This document shows positions 27,327 through 37,100 of a DNA stretch of 64,000 bases, piece by piece (position 1 is the stretch's first letter; each line of letters begins with the position of its first letter). Where the stretch lies: assembly GCA_964543705.1 (NCBI GenBank), contig CAZIZP010000006.1, forward strand, positions 16 through 64,015, in the 5' to 3' direction. The translations under genes and the position numbers were made by a program. A model generated the notes under the pieces. That model had not been told where the DNA came from. It saw only the letters and a program-made list of their open reading frames with translations, and searched no databases. This stretch comes from an uncultured Chitinophagaceae bacterium (GTDB taxonomy: Bacteria > Bacteroidota > Bacteroidia > Chitinophagales > CAIOSU01).

Positions 27327-29213
27327 TTAGTTGTTTATTACTCTGAAAGTAGTTCTTCGGTTTAGCTGATGCTCGTCTTCGGTTTTAGCACCTTTTACTA
27401 CCGGCTGAGAAGAGCCCCACCCTTTAAATGAAAGGCGCGTAGGGTTAATACCTTTCGATACTAAATATTCTACCACCGATTTTGCACGGTTTTCAGAAAG
27501 CTGCTGGTTATAAGAAGGCTTACCTCTTTCATCGGTATGAGAGTTTAACTGAATATTAGCTTCCGGGGTATCTTCCAGCAGTTTCACCAGCTTATCTAAA
27601 TTAGGTTTCGATTCATCTCTTAAAACAAAGCTGTTATAGTCGTAATAAATATCATCAATCTTAATTTCTTCTTTCGGTATTCTCTTTATGCTGAAATCGT
27701 AGTTGTGGCCGTTGGCTTTTGAAAACTCTTTTGAAAACATTTCGCCCTGGGTGGTTAGCTTTTTAGAATCGCCAAAATAGCCGGGGTTGTTTACATTTAT
27801 CTTGTAGTCTTTGTTTTTAGCTAACTTAAATTCATACTCGCCTTTATCGTTGGTATAGGTGGTATCGGTTTCGCCATCGGTAGTGGTAAGCACTACCATT
27901 GCACCTTTTAAAGGGGTGTTGCCATCTACATCGTTTACTTTTCCTTTTACAATTAAATTAATGGGGGTAAGAAAGAAGGTATATAAATCATCGGCACCTG
28001 CACCACCTGTTCTGTTAGATGAAAAATAACCTTCGCTTTTATCGGCAGCGGTAAATACCATATGAAAATCATCGGCACTGCTGTTAAAAGGTGCTTTCAT
28101 GTTTACAGGCTTAGTCCAGTTGCCATCTCTTTTTACAGTATAAAACAGGTCGAGCCCGCCAAAACCATTATGACCTTCAGAAGAAAAATACAATACCGTA
28201 TCCTGAAAAATTATAGGAAACATTTCATCAAATTCGGTATTGATAACTGAACCCAGATTGGTGGGTTGTTCCCACTGCAAGCCGCGCTTCACCATGGTCC
28301 AAATATCGCTGTTGCCACTGCCGCCTTCCATTTTGCTTACAAAATACAGGGTTTGTCCATCGGCAGAAATAGAAGGGTGCCAGATATCTGCCTTTTGGGT
28401 AATGGTAGTGTAAAGCGCTTTAGGTGCCGACCATACATTGTTATCGTCTAAGATGCTTTCATAAATAGTACATAATTCATCTTTACCGCTTTTGCCATTG
28501 CATTGGGTAAAGTAGGCGGCTTTTGTTTTTTCACAGTAAGTAAAAGAACCATCGTTAAAAGGCGTGTTTAGCGCATCTATTTTTACGGGTTTGTTCCAAA
28601 CTTTGTCTTTAATATTATAAGAGGTTTCATAAAAATCAGAAAAGCCTTGCCCATCGAAAGTATAGGTGTTTGCTTCTTCTTTATTCTCAATTCTTGATGA
28701 GGTAAATACCACTTTGCTCTTTACAGGTACCATGCCATAGTCGCTGTATGCAGTATTCAGCGATGCAATATTCTGAACCGTATAAATAGAAGGCTGTTCG
28801 GTTGCGTTTTGTGCATATTTGGCATTGTCTAACATACGCAGGGCGTCTTTATCATTAGGCTGAACCGCCAAGAACTCGTTCAGCTTGTTTTGTGCATCGG
28901 CATATTTGCCCTGCTGCATATAAATTTTAGCCGTTTGAAATAGCAGGTTAGGCTGTTCATAGCCTTCGCTTTTAGCACGGTTATACCATTCTAAAGCATT
29001 ATCGTATTGCCCCGTGTAGCGGTAACACTCTGCTATCTTAAAAGTAATTTCGTTGCGGTCTTTCACTTTTCCCTGAAGCACTTTCTGAAAACCTTCTAAA
29101 GCAACAGTATATTGTCTGTTATCGAAAGCTTCGTTGGCTAATTCCAGTCGCGTTTGAGCAAAAATGAAAGTTGCAGAAAACAGTAAAACAACTAAAACAA
29201 ATATTTTTCTCAT
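27327..29213 (-). CDS. OmpA-family protein with N-terminal TPR and PD40/TolB-like beta-propeller repeats
   Basis: 628 aa. TPR-like N-terminus. C-terminal OmpA motif NSHTDERGKPSYNQQLSENRAKSVVEYLVSKGI...GWGSSQPV. This is the typical partner of PorP/SprF in gliding-type operons. Confidence 0.88.
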   Translation of the reverse strand: MRKIFVLVVLLFSATFIFAQTRLELANEAFDNRQYTVALEGFQKVLQGKVKDRNEITFKIAECYRYTGQYDNALEWYNRAKSEGYEQPNLLFQTAKIYMQQGKYADAQNKLNEFLAVQPNDKDALRMLDNAKYAQNATEQPSIYTVQNIASLNTAYSDYGMVPVKSKVVFTSSRIENKEEANTYTFDGQGFSDFYETSYNIKDKVWNKPVKIDALNTPFNDGSFTYCEKTKAAYFTQCNGKSGKDELCTIYESILDDNNVWSAPKALYTTITQKADIWHPSISADGQTLYFVSKMEGGSGNSDIWTMVKRGLQWEQPTNLGSVINTEFDEMFPIIFQDTVLYFSSEGHNGFGGLDLFYTVKRDGNWTKPVNMKAPFNSSADDFHMVFTAADKSEGYFSSNRTGGAGADDLYTFFLTPINLIVKGKVNDVDGNTPLKGAMVVLTTTDGETDTTYTNDKGEYEFKLAKNKDYKINVNNPGYFGDSKKLTTQGEMFSKEFSKANGHNYDFSIKRIPKEEIKIDDIYYDYNSFVLRDESKPNLDKLVKLLEDTPEANIQLNSHTDERGKPSYNQQLSENRAKSVVEYLVSKGINPTRLSFKGWGSSQPVVKGAKTEDEHQLNRRTTFRVINN

Positions 29214-29228
29214 GGTTTATGTTGGTGG

Positions 29229-32200
29229 TTAGTCTTGAATTAATAATACGGTTCCTTTAATAATATTTTCTCGTTCGGTAATATTTTGCAAAGTAAGAAT
29301 GTAGAAGTAAGTACCCGGTGAAACTTCTTTACCATCGAAAGTTCCGTCCCAGCCGTCAACACCACGATACAATTCCTGTCCCCAGCGGTTTAATACTACC
29401 AGGTCATAACCTTTTAAGAAAAGGTCGTTTCTGCCATCGCCATTAGGGGTAAAGGCATTGGGGAAGTCTCTTACGTTTACCACTACCGCTACCGGTTCGC
29501 CTACACACTCGCCTTGTGTAGCTACCACCGAAACCGAATCGCCATTTACCAGCTTGCTGGAAGCAAATGTGTTTTCAGGGCCGCTTTGAATACTGTTTCC
29601 GTTTACAAAAAACTCATAATTATCGTAGCTGCCCGGCAAAGCCGTAAATGTAATGGCCTCGCTTGGGAATACGGCATTGTTTTCTCTGTCGCTCGTTAGT
29701 GTTACTTCAGGTAATGGCAATACTTCTATTGTTGCAACAGTTCTTCCACTAACATTAGCACAGCCATTACTGCCTTCAGCCTGAACATAAATGGTGGTGT
29801 TTTCAGTAAGGCTGCCTGTATTGTAAGTGCTGCCTGTACCTAAAAGGGTGCCACCGGTAGCAGTACTCCACCACGTAATCGTAGTTCCTGCAGGGGTAGC
29901 CGATGCTGACAAGGTAGCCGATTCACCAAAACACACTTCATTTCCTTCAGCAACCACAGCAGCCGAAGGGGCAGCTTTAACATTTACTGTAACAGGAACT
30001 CTTCCTCCCGAATTTCTGCAACCAAAATCGTTTACTACCTCTAAATAATAGGTGGTGGTAGTTACAGGCGAAACCGTAAGCGGACTGTTGCCCAAAAAGT
30101 TTCCACCGGTAGCAGCATCGAAAAAGTTGTAAGATATATTGCCCGAACCTGACCCAGTGGCTGTAATGGTAGTGCTTTCGCCTTCACAAATATCATCGTT
30201 GCTAATATTTACTAAAGGCGCATTCGGTGCCGGATTTACAGTTACTTCTATAGTTTGTGGCGCAGAATTTCCGCAGGTATTAGAAGCAATTACACTTACT
30301 GTATAAGTTCCGGGTGTATTCCACTGTATGCTTGCGGTATTGCTTCCCTGCCCATCAACAATACTGCCGCCACCCGAAACACTCCAGGTATATCCGGTGG
30401 CGTTAGGAACATCATTTACCAAATAAACATTAATATCCGGGCAAGCATTAACAGTGCCGTTTATCTGCCCCGGTGTAGCAGGTTCCGCAGGTAAAATGGT
30501 AATGCTTAATGTTGAAGCACTGCTGGTACCACAATCGTTTGAAGCTGTTACCGAAATAGTGTAGCTGCCACTTGCACCTGTCCAATCTATAGTAATGCTG
30601 TTAGTACCTTGTCCTTGTGTAATGGTGCCACCTCCCGAAATAGTCCAGTCATAAGAAGTTGCCCCCGCTACTACAGGCACGGTGTAATTCTGGCTTCCGC
30701 TACATACCGTGTTTTGTCCGTTAATTGTTCCGGGTGTTGCCGGTACACCATCTTTAACTGTAACCTGAATTACCGATGGGTTGCTGCTGGCACAAGTGCT
30801 GTTAGCCACTACCGAAACTGTGTAAGGGCCACCTGAGGCAGTCCAGTTAACCGTTATAGATTCAGTACCTTGCCCTTGTGTAATAGTGCCACCACCTGAA
30901 ACAGTCCAGGTGTAATCTACCGCACCTTGCACCGGCTGAATACTATATGTGGCAGTTCCCGGGCATAACTCATCATCGCCTGAAATGTTACCCGGTAATA
31001 AAGGCACCCCTTGTTGCACATCAATATTTAAAGTAGTGGCTGCACTTGCTCCGCAAATATTTTCTGCAACTACTGATAAGGTATATGGGCCACCTGAAGT
31101 AGTCCAGTCAATAGCAATTTGTGTAGTGCCTTGTCCTGAGGTAATAGTACCTCCGCCACTTAATGTCCAGGTATAATTGCTTGCACCTGTAACATTCGCA
31201 ATAGAATAGTTTGAAATACCCGGACATGGATTGTTATTGCCTGCTATTGCAGCAGGTGTTGCAGGTGCACCATTTAACAAGGTAACATTTAAGGTTGCTG
31301 CCTGTGTACTTCCACAAACATTATTGGCTGTTACGGATATAGTAGCATTGCCTGAAGTTGCACTCCAATCTATTTCTATTGAGGTAGTGCCTTGCCCCGA
31401 AATAATAGTGCCGCCATTGCTCACACTCCAGGTATAGTCAGAAGCATTATTGGCCCCGCCCACACTATAAACTTCAGTACCCGGACAAACAGTGGTTGCT
31501 CCACTAATAGCCCCTAAACCATTAGGTGCATTCGGAATTACTTCTACCTGTAAAGTTTGTGGCGCACTGTTTCCGCAGGCATTATTAGCCACTACTGAAA
31601 CGGTGTAAACACCCCCACTAATCCAGTTAATAGTAGCATTAGCAGTTCCTTGCCCGGCTGTTACAGTGCCGCCCCCTGAAACACTCCAGCTATAACCCGT
31701 AGCCCCCTGAACAGGCTGAACAGCATATTGTTGCGAACCTAAACACACCGGACTATTACCAATAATGGGGTTGGGAGTTGCAGGAGGGCCTTGTTGCACA
31801 TTTACAGTAGTAGAACTTGATGCAGTGCCACAAGAATTGGTAGCTTCTACCGATACGGTATATGGGCCACCGGTGGTAGTCCATGTTACCGTAGCTGATG
31901 CGCCATTACCTGAAATAGTTCCACCGCCAGACACACTCCAGTTGTAAGTGGTGGCTCCGCTAACAGTTACGGTATAAGTTTCAGCAACGGGGCAGGGAAA
32001 ATTGTTTCCTGTAACGCCTACGGTAACTGTAGGAGGCCCTTGTTGCACCGTAACGGGATAAGTACCTGTAACACTTCCGCAGCTATTACTTGCTACTACT
32101 GAAATGGTATGGTTACCTGCCGAAGTCCAGTTGATGGTAGCATTGGCAGTACCCTGACCACCTGTAACTGAGCCGCCACCCGAAACACTCCAGGTATAGG

Positions 32201-34040
32201 CCGTAGCATTAGTTGCAGTTACCGTATAGTTTTGCGAAGAGGGACATGGGTTGTTATTTCCTGCTATGGTAGCCTGTGTTGGTGCAGCAGGATTAACTGT
32301 TACCGTTACAGAAGTTCTGGCGCTTACGCAACCCGGATTGGCATTATCATCTGCTTCTACCCAATAGGTAGTGGTAGTGGTTGGAGAAACCGGTCTTGGC
32401 GTAGTACCAATAGAAGTTCCACCGGTTTGTTGTGTATATACACGATAAGTAACATTGCTTCCGCCTGAAGCATTAATGGTTACTGAAGTACCGGGGCAAA
32501 CAGGATTATTGTTAGAAAGTGTAACTGTTGGAGCAGGTGGAGGAGTGCAGGCTATAGTTCGGCAAACTACACTCACTCCGGGCGTAGGCACAGTTATTAC
32601 AGGCGTAAAACTACCATTGGTTACTGTATTAGAATTCCAGTTATTATAAAAAGGATCGGCATAGGAATAAGAAGGCCCATTGTTGGAGACTGTAATGTTA
32701 GCAGCGGGGCAATCAACCGGTGCATTTCCTGCTGAATCGGCTTTTACAATTTGCATATCGAAATTGGTACCACCAGCTCCTAAGGTTGCGCTAATAAAAC
32801 CTTTATCGGCTGCTGCACTACCGTTTGGAAGCAGGGTGAATAAACCTAAATCGTATGATTTAGCAAAAACTACACTATTATTACTTGGATTAACTTTTAT
32901 AATTGCCTGACCCACTTGAAAAGCCAGAGGGTTAACATATTGCCCAATAGCAGCATAATTGCCATCGTAAGTTTCAAAAAAGTTATTTATTAATGCTGTA
33001 GCCAACAATCCTGTTGAGTACCTCCTTATCCATGTTGGATTTGACCAGCCACCTGAAGCAGGTAAACGCATAAACAACATACTGGTGCCATCATCACCCG
33101 CTAATATTGGCAGACCTGCTGCGGTTTTTTTAATAGAATATAATCGTTTGCTCGATGCAGAAGCTGAAGTATTGGGTGCATCAATTTGTCTATGATAGGT
33201 AATAGCACCTGCTGTAGTCGTTTTCAGAAATAGTGCATCGTTTGAAGTCGCATCATCACCATCAGAATTTGTATTGGAAAGAAAATCATTTACATCATAA
33301 CTGCCTACCGCAATGTAGCCATCATTAACTTCTACCACATCAGTAAAGGAAGCATCATTATAAATTCTGTCAGCAGGTGCTTTTCCTGAATTTTTATAAT
33401 ATCGTGTAACATGGTGCCATACATGATTTCCGTTGGCATCAAACTTCACGATTAAGGGTGAGCCTATTCTCTCTGTCTCACTACCATCTGCATTAGTATA
33501 GGTTATAGTGCTAAATTTAATTTCAGGACCGGCACCATCGGGATCGTAGCCTGTAACATAACCTACAGCCACATAGCCGCCATCATTTGCTTTAATAATT
33601 CTGTTAAAATATGCTCCATCAGCCTGTGAAATGGAAAAGTTTCTGGAAACAACAGGTGTTCCGTTAGCATCTAAAACCATAATAAATGCCGCACTCGACT
33701 CTGTTCCGCCACAGGCATAATAAGTATTGGAAGCTACATCTCGTTTCAAATCATTTATTTGCATAGATATGCTGCTGGTATATCGTCTGCTCCATACCAG
33801 ATTACCGGCACTGTTTACTTCAGTAATGGTAGCTGTAATAGGAATAATATTGGTATTCCAACCGGTGAGAATATAATTTCCGTTTGTGAGTGCATCGCCA
33901 GCGGTGGCAGCAAAATCAAAATTATTGAAATCGTAATTTACTCTGAATGTAGTTTGTTGTGCCTTTATATTTTCATAGGAAAACATCAGCACAAAAAATG
34001 CAACTGTAAATAAGCCTTTTATAAAACACTTGTTGGTCAT
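29229..34040 (-). CDS. Giant T9SS type B adhesin-like protein (about 480-aa beta-propeller-like head, about 10 PKD-like Ig repeats, CHU_C sorting domain)
   Basis: 1603 aa with a signal peptide. About 80-aa repeats (NPCPG..YSV..V.GAT.YTWSVSGGGTI.SGQGT..I.I.W...G.YT.SV.A.N.CG.S). C-terminal FPNAFTPNGDGRNDLF...LNRWGQELY...WDGTFDGKEVSPGTYFYIL. Confidence 0.9.
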   Translation of the reverse strand: MTNKCFIKGLFTVAFFVLMFSYENIKAQQTTFRVNYDFNNFDFAATAGDALTNGNYILTGWNTNIIPITATITEVNSAGNLVWSRRYTSSISMQINDLKRDVASNTYYACGGTESSAAFIMVLDANGTPVVSRNFSISQADGAYFNRIIKANDGGYVAVGYVTGYDPDGAGPEIKFSTITYTNADGSETERIGSPLIVKFDANGNHVWHHVTRYYKNSGKAPADRIYNDASFTDVVEVNDGYIAVGSYDVNDFLSNTNSDGDDATSNDALFLKTTTAGAITYHRQIDAPNTSASASSKRLYSIKKTAAGLPILAGDDGTSMLFMRLPASGGWSNPTWIRRYSTGLLATALINNFFETYDGNYAAIGQYVNPLAFQVGQAIIKVNPSNNSVVFAKSYDLGLFTLLPNGSAAADKGFISATLGAGGTNFDMQIVKADSAGNAPVDCPAANITVSNNGPSYSYADPFYNNWNSNTVTNGSFTPVITVPTPGVSVVCRTIACTPPPAPTVTLSNNNPVCPGTSVTINASGGSNVTYRVYTQQTGGTSIGTTPRPVSPTTTTTYWVEADDNANPGCVSARTSVTVTVNPAAPTQATIAGNNNPCPSSQNYTVTATNATAYTWSVSGGGSVTGGQGTANATINWTSAGNHTISVVASNSCGSVTGTYPVTVQQGPPTVTVGVTGNNFPCPVAETYTVTVSGATTYNWSVSGGGTISGNGASATVTWTTTGGPYTVSVEATNSCGTASSSTTVNVQQGPPATPNPIIGNSPVCLGSQQYAVQPVQGATGYSWSVSGGGTVTAGQGTANATINWISGGVYTVSVVANNACGNSAPQTLQVEVIPNAPNGLGAISGATTVCPGTEVYSVGGANNASDYTWSVSNGGTIISGQGTTSIEIDWSATSGNATISVTANNVCGSTQAATLNVTLLNGAPATPAAIAGNNNPCPGISNYSIANVTGASNYTWTLSGGGTITSGQGTTQIAIDWTTSGGPYTLSVVAENICGASAATTLNIDVQQGVPLLPGNISGDDELCPGTATYSIQPVQGAVDYTWTVSGGGTITQGQGTESITVNWTASGGPYTVSVVANSTCASSNPSVIQVTVKDGVPATPGTINGQNTVCSGSQNYTVPVVAGATSYDWTISGGGTITQGQGTNSITIDWTGASGSYTISVTASNDCGTSSASTLSITILPAEPATPGQINGTVNACPDINVYLVNDVPNATGYTWSVSGGGSIVDGQGSNTASIQWNTPGTYTVSVIASNTCGNSAPQTIEVTVNPAPNAPLVNISNDDICEGESTTITATGSGSGNISYNFFDAATGGNFLGNSPLTVSPVTTTTYYLEVVNDFGCRNSGGRVPVTVNVKAAPSAAVVAEGNEVCFGESATLSASATPAGTTITWWSTATGGTLLGTGSTYNTGSLTENTTIYVQAEGSNGCANVSGRTVATIEVLPLPEVTLTSDRENNAVFPSEAITFTALPGSYDNYEFFVNGNSIQSGPENTFASSKLVNGDSVSVVATQGECVGEPVAVVVNVRDFPNAFTPNGDGRNDLFLKGYDLVVLNRWGQELYRGVDGWDGTFDGKEVSPGTYFYILTLQNITERENIIKGTVLLIQD

Positions 34041-34136
34041 ATCAGCACTTTAGATTTTTAAAAATGAAGTCTGAAAATAGTGTTTTATTCGATAATTTAA
34101 CAATAGTTTTATTTGTAGCTAACAACTTGTTGAACT

Positions 34137-37100
34137 TTAATCTTTTACAACTAATACGGTTCCTTTAATAATATTTTCACTATCGGTTATATTCTTTAAT
34201 GTTAAAATATAAAAGTAGGTACCGGGTGCAACTTTGCTGCCGTTGAAGGTACCATCCCAACCATCTTCACCCCGATACAATTCTTGTCCCCAACGATTCA
34301 GAATTACTAAATCGAACCCTTTTAAAAACACATCGTTTCTGCCATCGTTATTTGGGGTAAAGGCATTGGGGAAATCTGTAACTCTTACTACAGCTTCAGC
34401 AATATTTCCGGAGCAACCGTTCAAAGTAGCCACTACTTTAATGGTATCGTTATTACTAAAACGACTGCTGGCATATTCATTTTCAATGCCACTTTGAACC
34501 GAATTGCTGTTTACAAAAAATTCGTAATTATCATAACCACCGGGCAATGCCGTAAACGTAATTACTTCATTGAAGAAAACAGTATTGTTGTCTTTATCGC
34601 TCGTTAACGTTACATCGGGCGAAGCATTCACAAACACTTCAAAAGGCACTCTGCCTGCTGCATTGTTACAACCTTGTATGGTAGTAGCTTGCGCATAAAA
34701 AATAGTTGTTGTGGTTAAGTTACCTGTTACAAAACTGTTCCCTGTTGCTAATTGTGTTCCTCCTGTAGCACTGTTCCACCAGGTGATAGTCGCAGAAGAA
34801 GGACTTGCTGTTGCATTTAAAACGGTACCTTCATTAAAGCACACCGAATCATTTTCAGCAGTAATAGCCAGGCCGGTGGCAGGGGTATTTACATAAATGG
34901 TTGAAGGTATGCGGTTGTTCCCAAAACGGCATCCAAACTCGTTGGTAACTTCTAAATAATATGTTGTAGTGGTTAAAGGTGTAACGCTAAGAGGACTCAC
35001 TCCTAAAAGATTTCCACCTGTAACTTCATCATAAAAACTGTAGGCGATTGTTCCGCCTGTAGAATTGCTTGCTGTAATAGTTACTGTTTCGCCCGGACAA
35101 ATAGTATCGTTACTTACTGATACACTTGGTAAAGTTGGCGAAGGGTTAACCGTAATGGTTGCAGTAAATACATTTGAACTACCACAGGTGTTAGAAGCTG
35201 AAACGCTTAGCGTATAAGTGCCCGGGGCGGTATTCCATTGAACACTGATTTGAGAAGTACCCTGACCGCTTAATATAGCGTTACCCACTGTAACTGCCCA
35301 TGTATAAGAAGTAGCACCCGCCACTTCAGTTACCGAATAGGTGGCAATATTTCCCGCACAGGCTTCAAGACTTCCAAATATTGGCCCGGGTGTAGCAGGC
35401 GCACCCTCTAAAATATTAATGGTTGTAGTTGCAGTATTACTGCTGCCACAGTTATTTTCAGCTAAAACCGAAAGCGTGTAATTGCCGGGCGTGGCAGCCC
35501 AGTCAATGGTAATCTGTGTAGTGCCTTGTCCGCTAACAATGGTGCCGCCACCGCTTAATGTCCAAACATAATTAGTGGCATTGGCTACTGATGCAATGGT
35601 ATAAACTTCTGAAATACTACCACATGAAGAAAGTGTACCTGTAATATTACCCGGAGTAGCGGGTGCAGCATTATCTACTGTAACCGCTAAAGTAACAGGG
35701 TTGCTACTGCTACATGAATTACCTGCAACAACCGAAACAGTATAGCTGCCCGCTTGTGTCCAGTTCACTGTTATTTGATTTGTACCCTGCCCTGATGCAA
35801 TTGTTCCACCACCACTCAATGTCCATGTATAGCTATCTGCACCAACAACGGCAGGTATGCTATAATTTTCATTTTGCGGACAAACCACATCATTGCCCGT
35901 TATGTTTCCCGGAACTAATGGTGTACCATTTTGCACATTTACCTGAACCTGTGCTGCACTGCTGTTTCCGCAGGCATTTTCTGCAATTACTGAAATGGTG
36001 TAAGGCCCGCCTGTGGTTGTCCAGTCAACTGTTATTGAGGTAGTCCCCTGCCCTGCTGTAATAGTGCCCCCATTATTTAATGTCCACACATAATTGGTGG
36101 CATCAGCTACAGGCTGAATAGTATAAGTTTGATTGCCCGGACAAGGATTTGTATTGCCCGTTATAGCAGAAGGTGTAGCAGGTGCGCCACCTACAACCGT
36201 TACATTTAGCGTAACAGGTGTTGCACTTCCACATACATTTTCAGCTACAACCGAAACAGGAAACGTACCCGAAGTAGCACCCCAGTTTACCGTAATAGTA
36301 GGTGTGCTTTGTCCTGAAGTAATGGTGCCGGGAGAAGGCACTGTCCACGTATAACTTGTTGCATTTATTAATCCTGAAACGGTATAAGTTTGATTACCCG
36401 GGCAAACTGTTGCAACACCGCTAATGCTTCCGCTGCCTGTTGGTGCATTGGGTGTAACCGTAACGCTGTAAGTTGAAGGTGCGCTGTTTCCGCAGGTTCC
36501 GGTTGCCACCACTGAAACGGTATAAGTACCCCCGCTAATCCAGTTAATATTTATATTAGTGCTACCCTGACCTGATGCAATACTGCCACCACCGCTTACA
36601 CTCCAGGTATAGCTGGTTGCACCACTTACAGGCTGAATGCTATACGCCTGGTTACTAATGCAAATATTATTATTTCCTGAAATGGCTCCGGGTTGGTTGG
36701 GCGCACCCGGTTGCACGTTTACTTGAATAGTTTGTGGGGTACTATTTCCGCAGGTATTATTGGCCACTACCGAAAACGTGTAAGGCCCGCCAACTGTTGT
36801 CCAGTTAACAGTTATAGCATTACTACCTTGCCCCGAGGTTATAGAGCCACCACCACTTAATGTCCAGTTATAAGTTACTCCTGAAACATTGGGCACTGAA
36901 TAGTTTTGCTGCCCGGCACAAGGCGTAGTGGTGCCTGTAATAGCTCCGGGTTGGTTAGGTGCAGCAGCTGTAACTGAAACCTGTAAAATTCTTACTGTGC
37001 TAGTGCCACAGGCATTTGAAGCAGTAACTGAAATGGTATGAGTACCTTGCTGTGTCCAGTTAATGGATATGGTGTTGCCACTGCCGCTTATAGTTCCGCC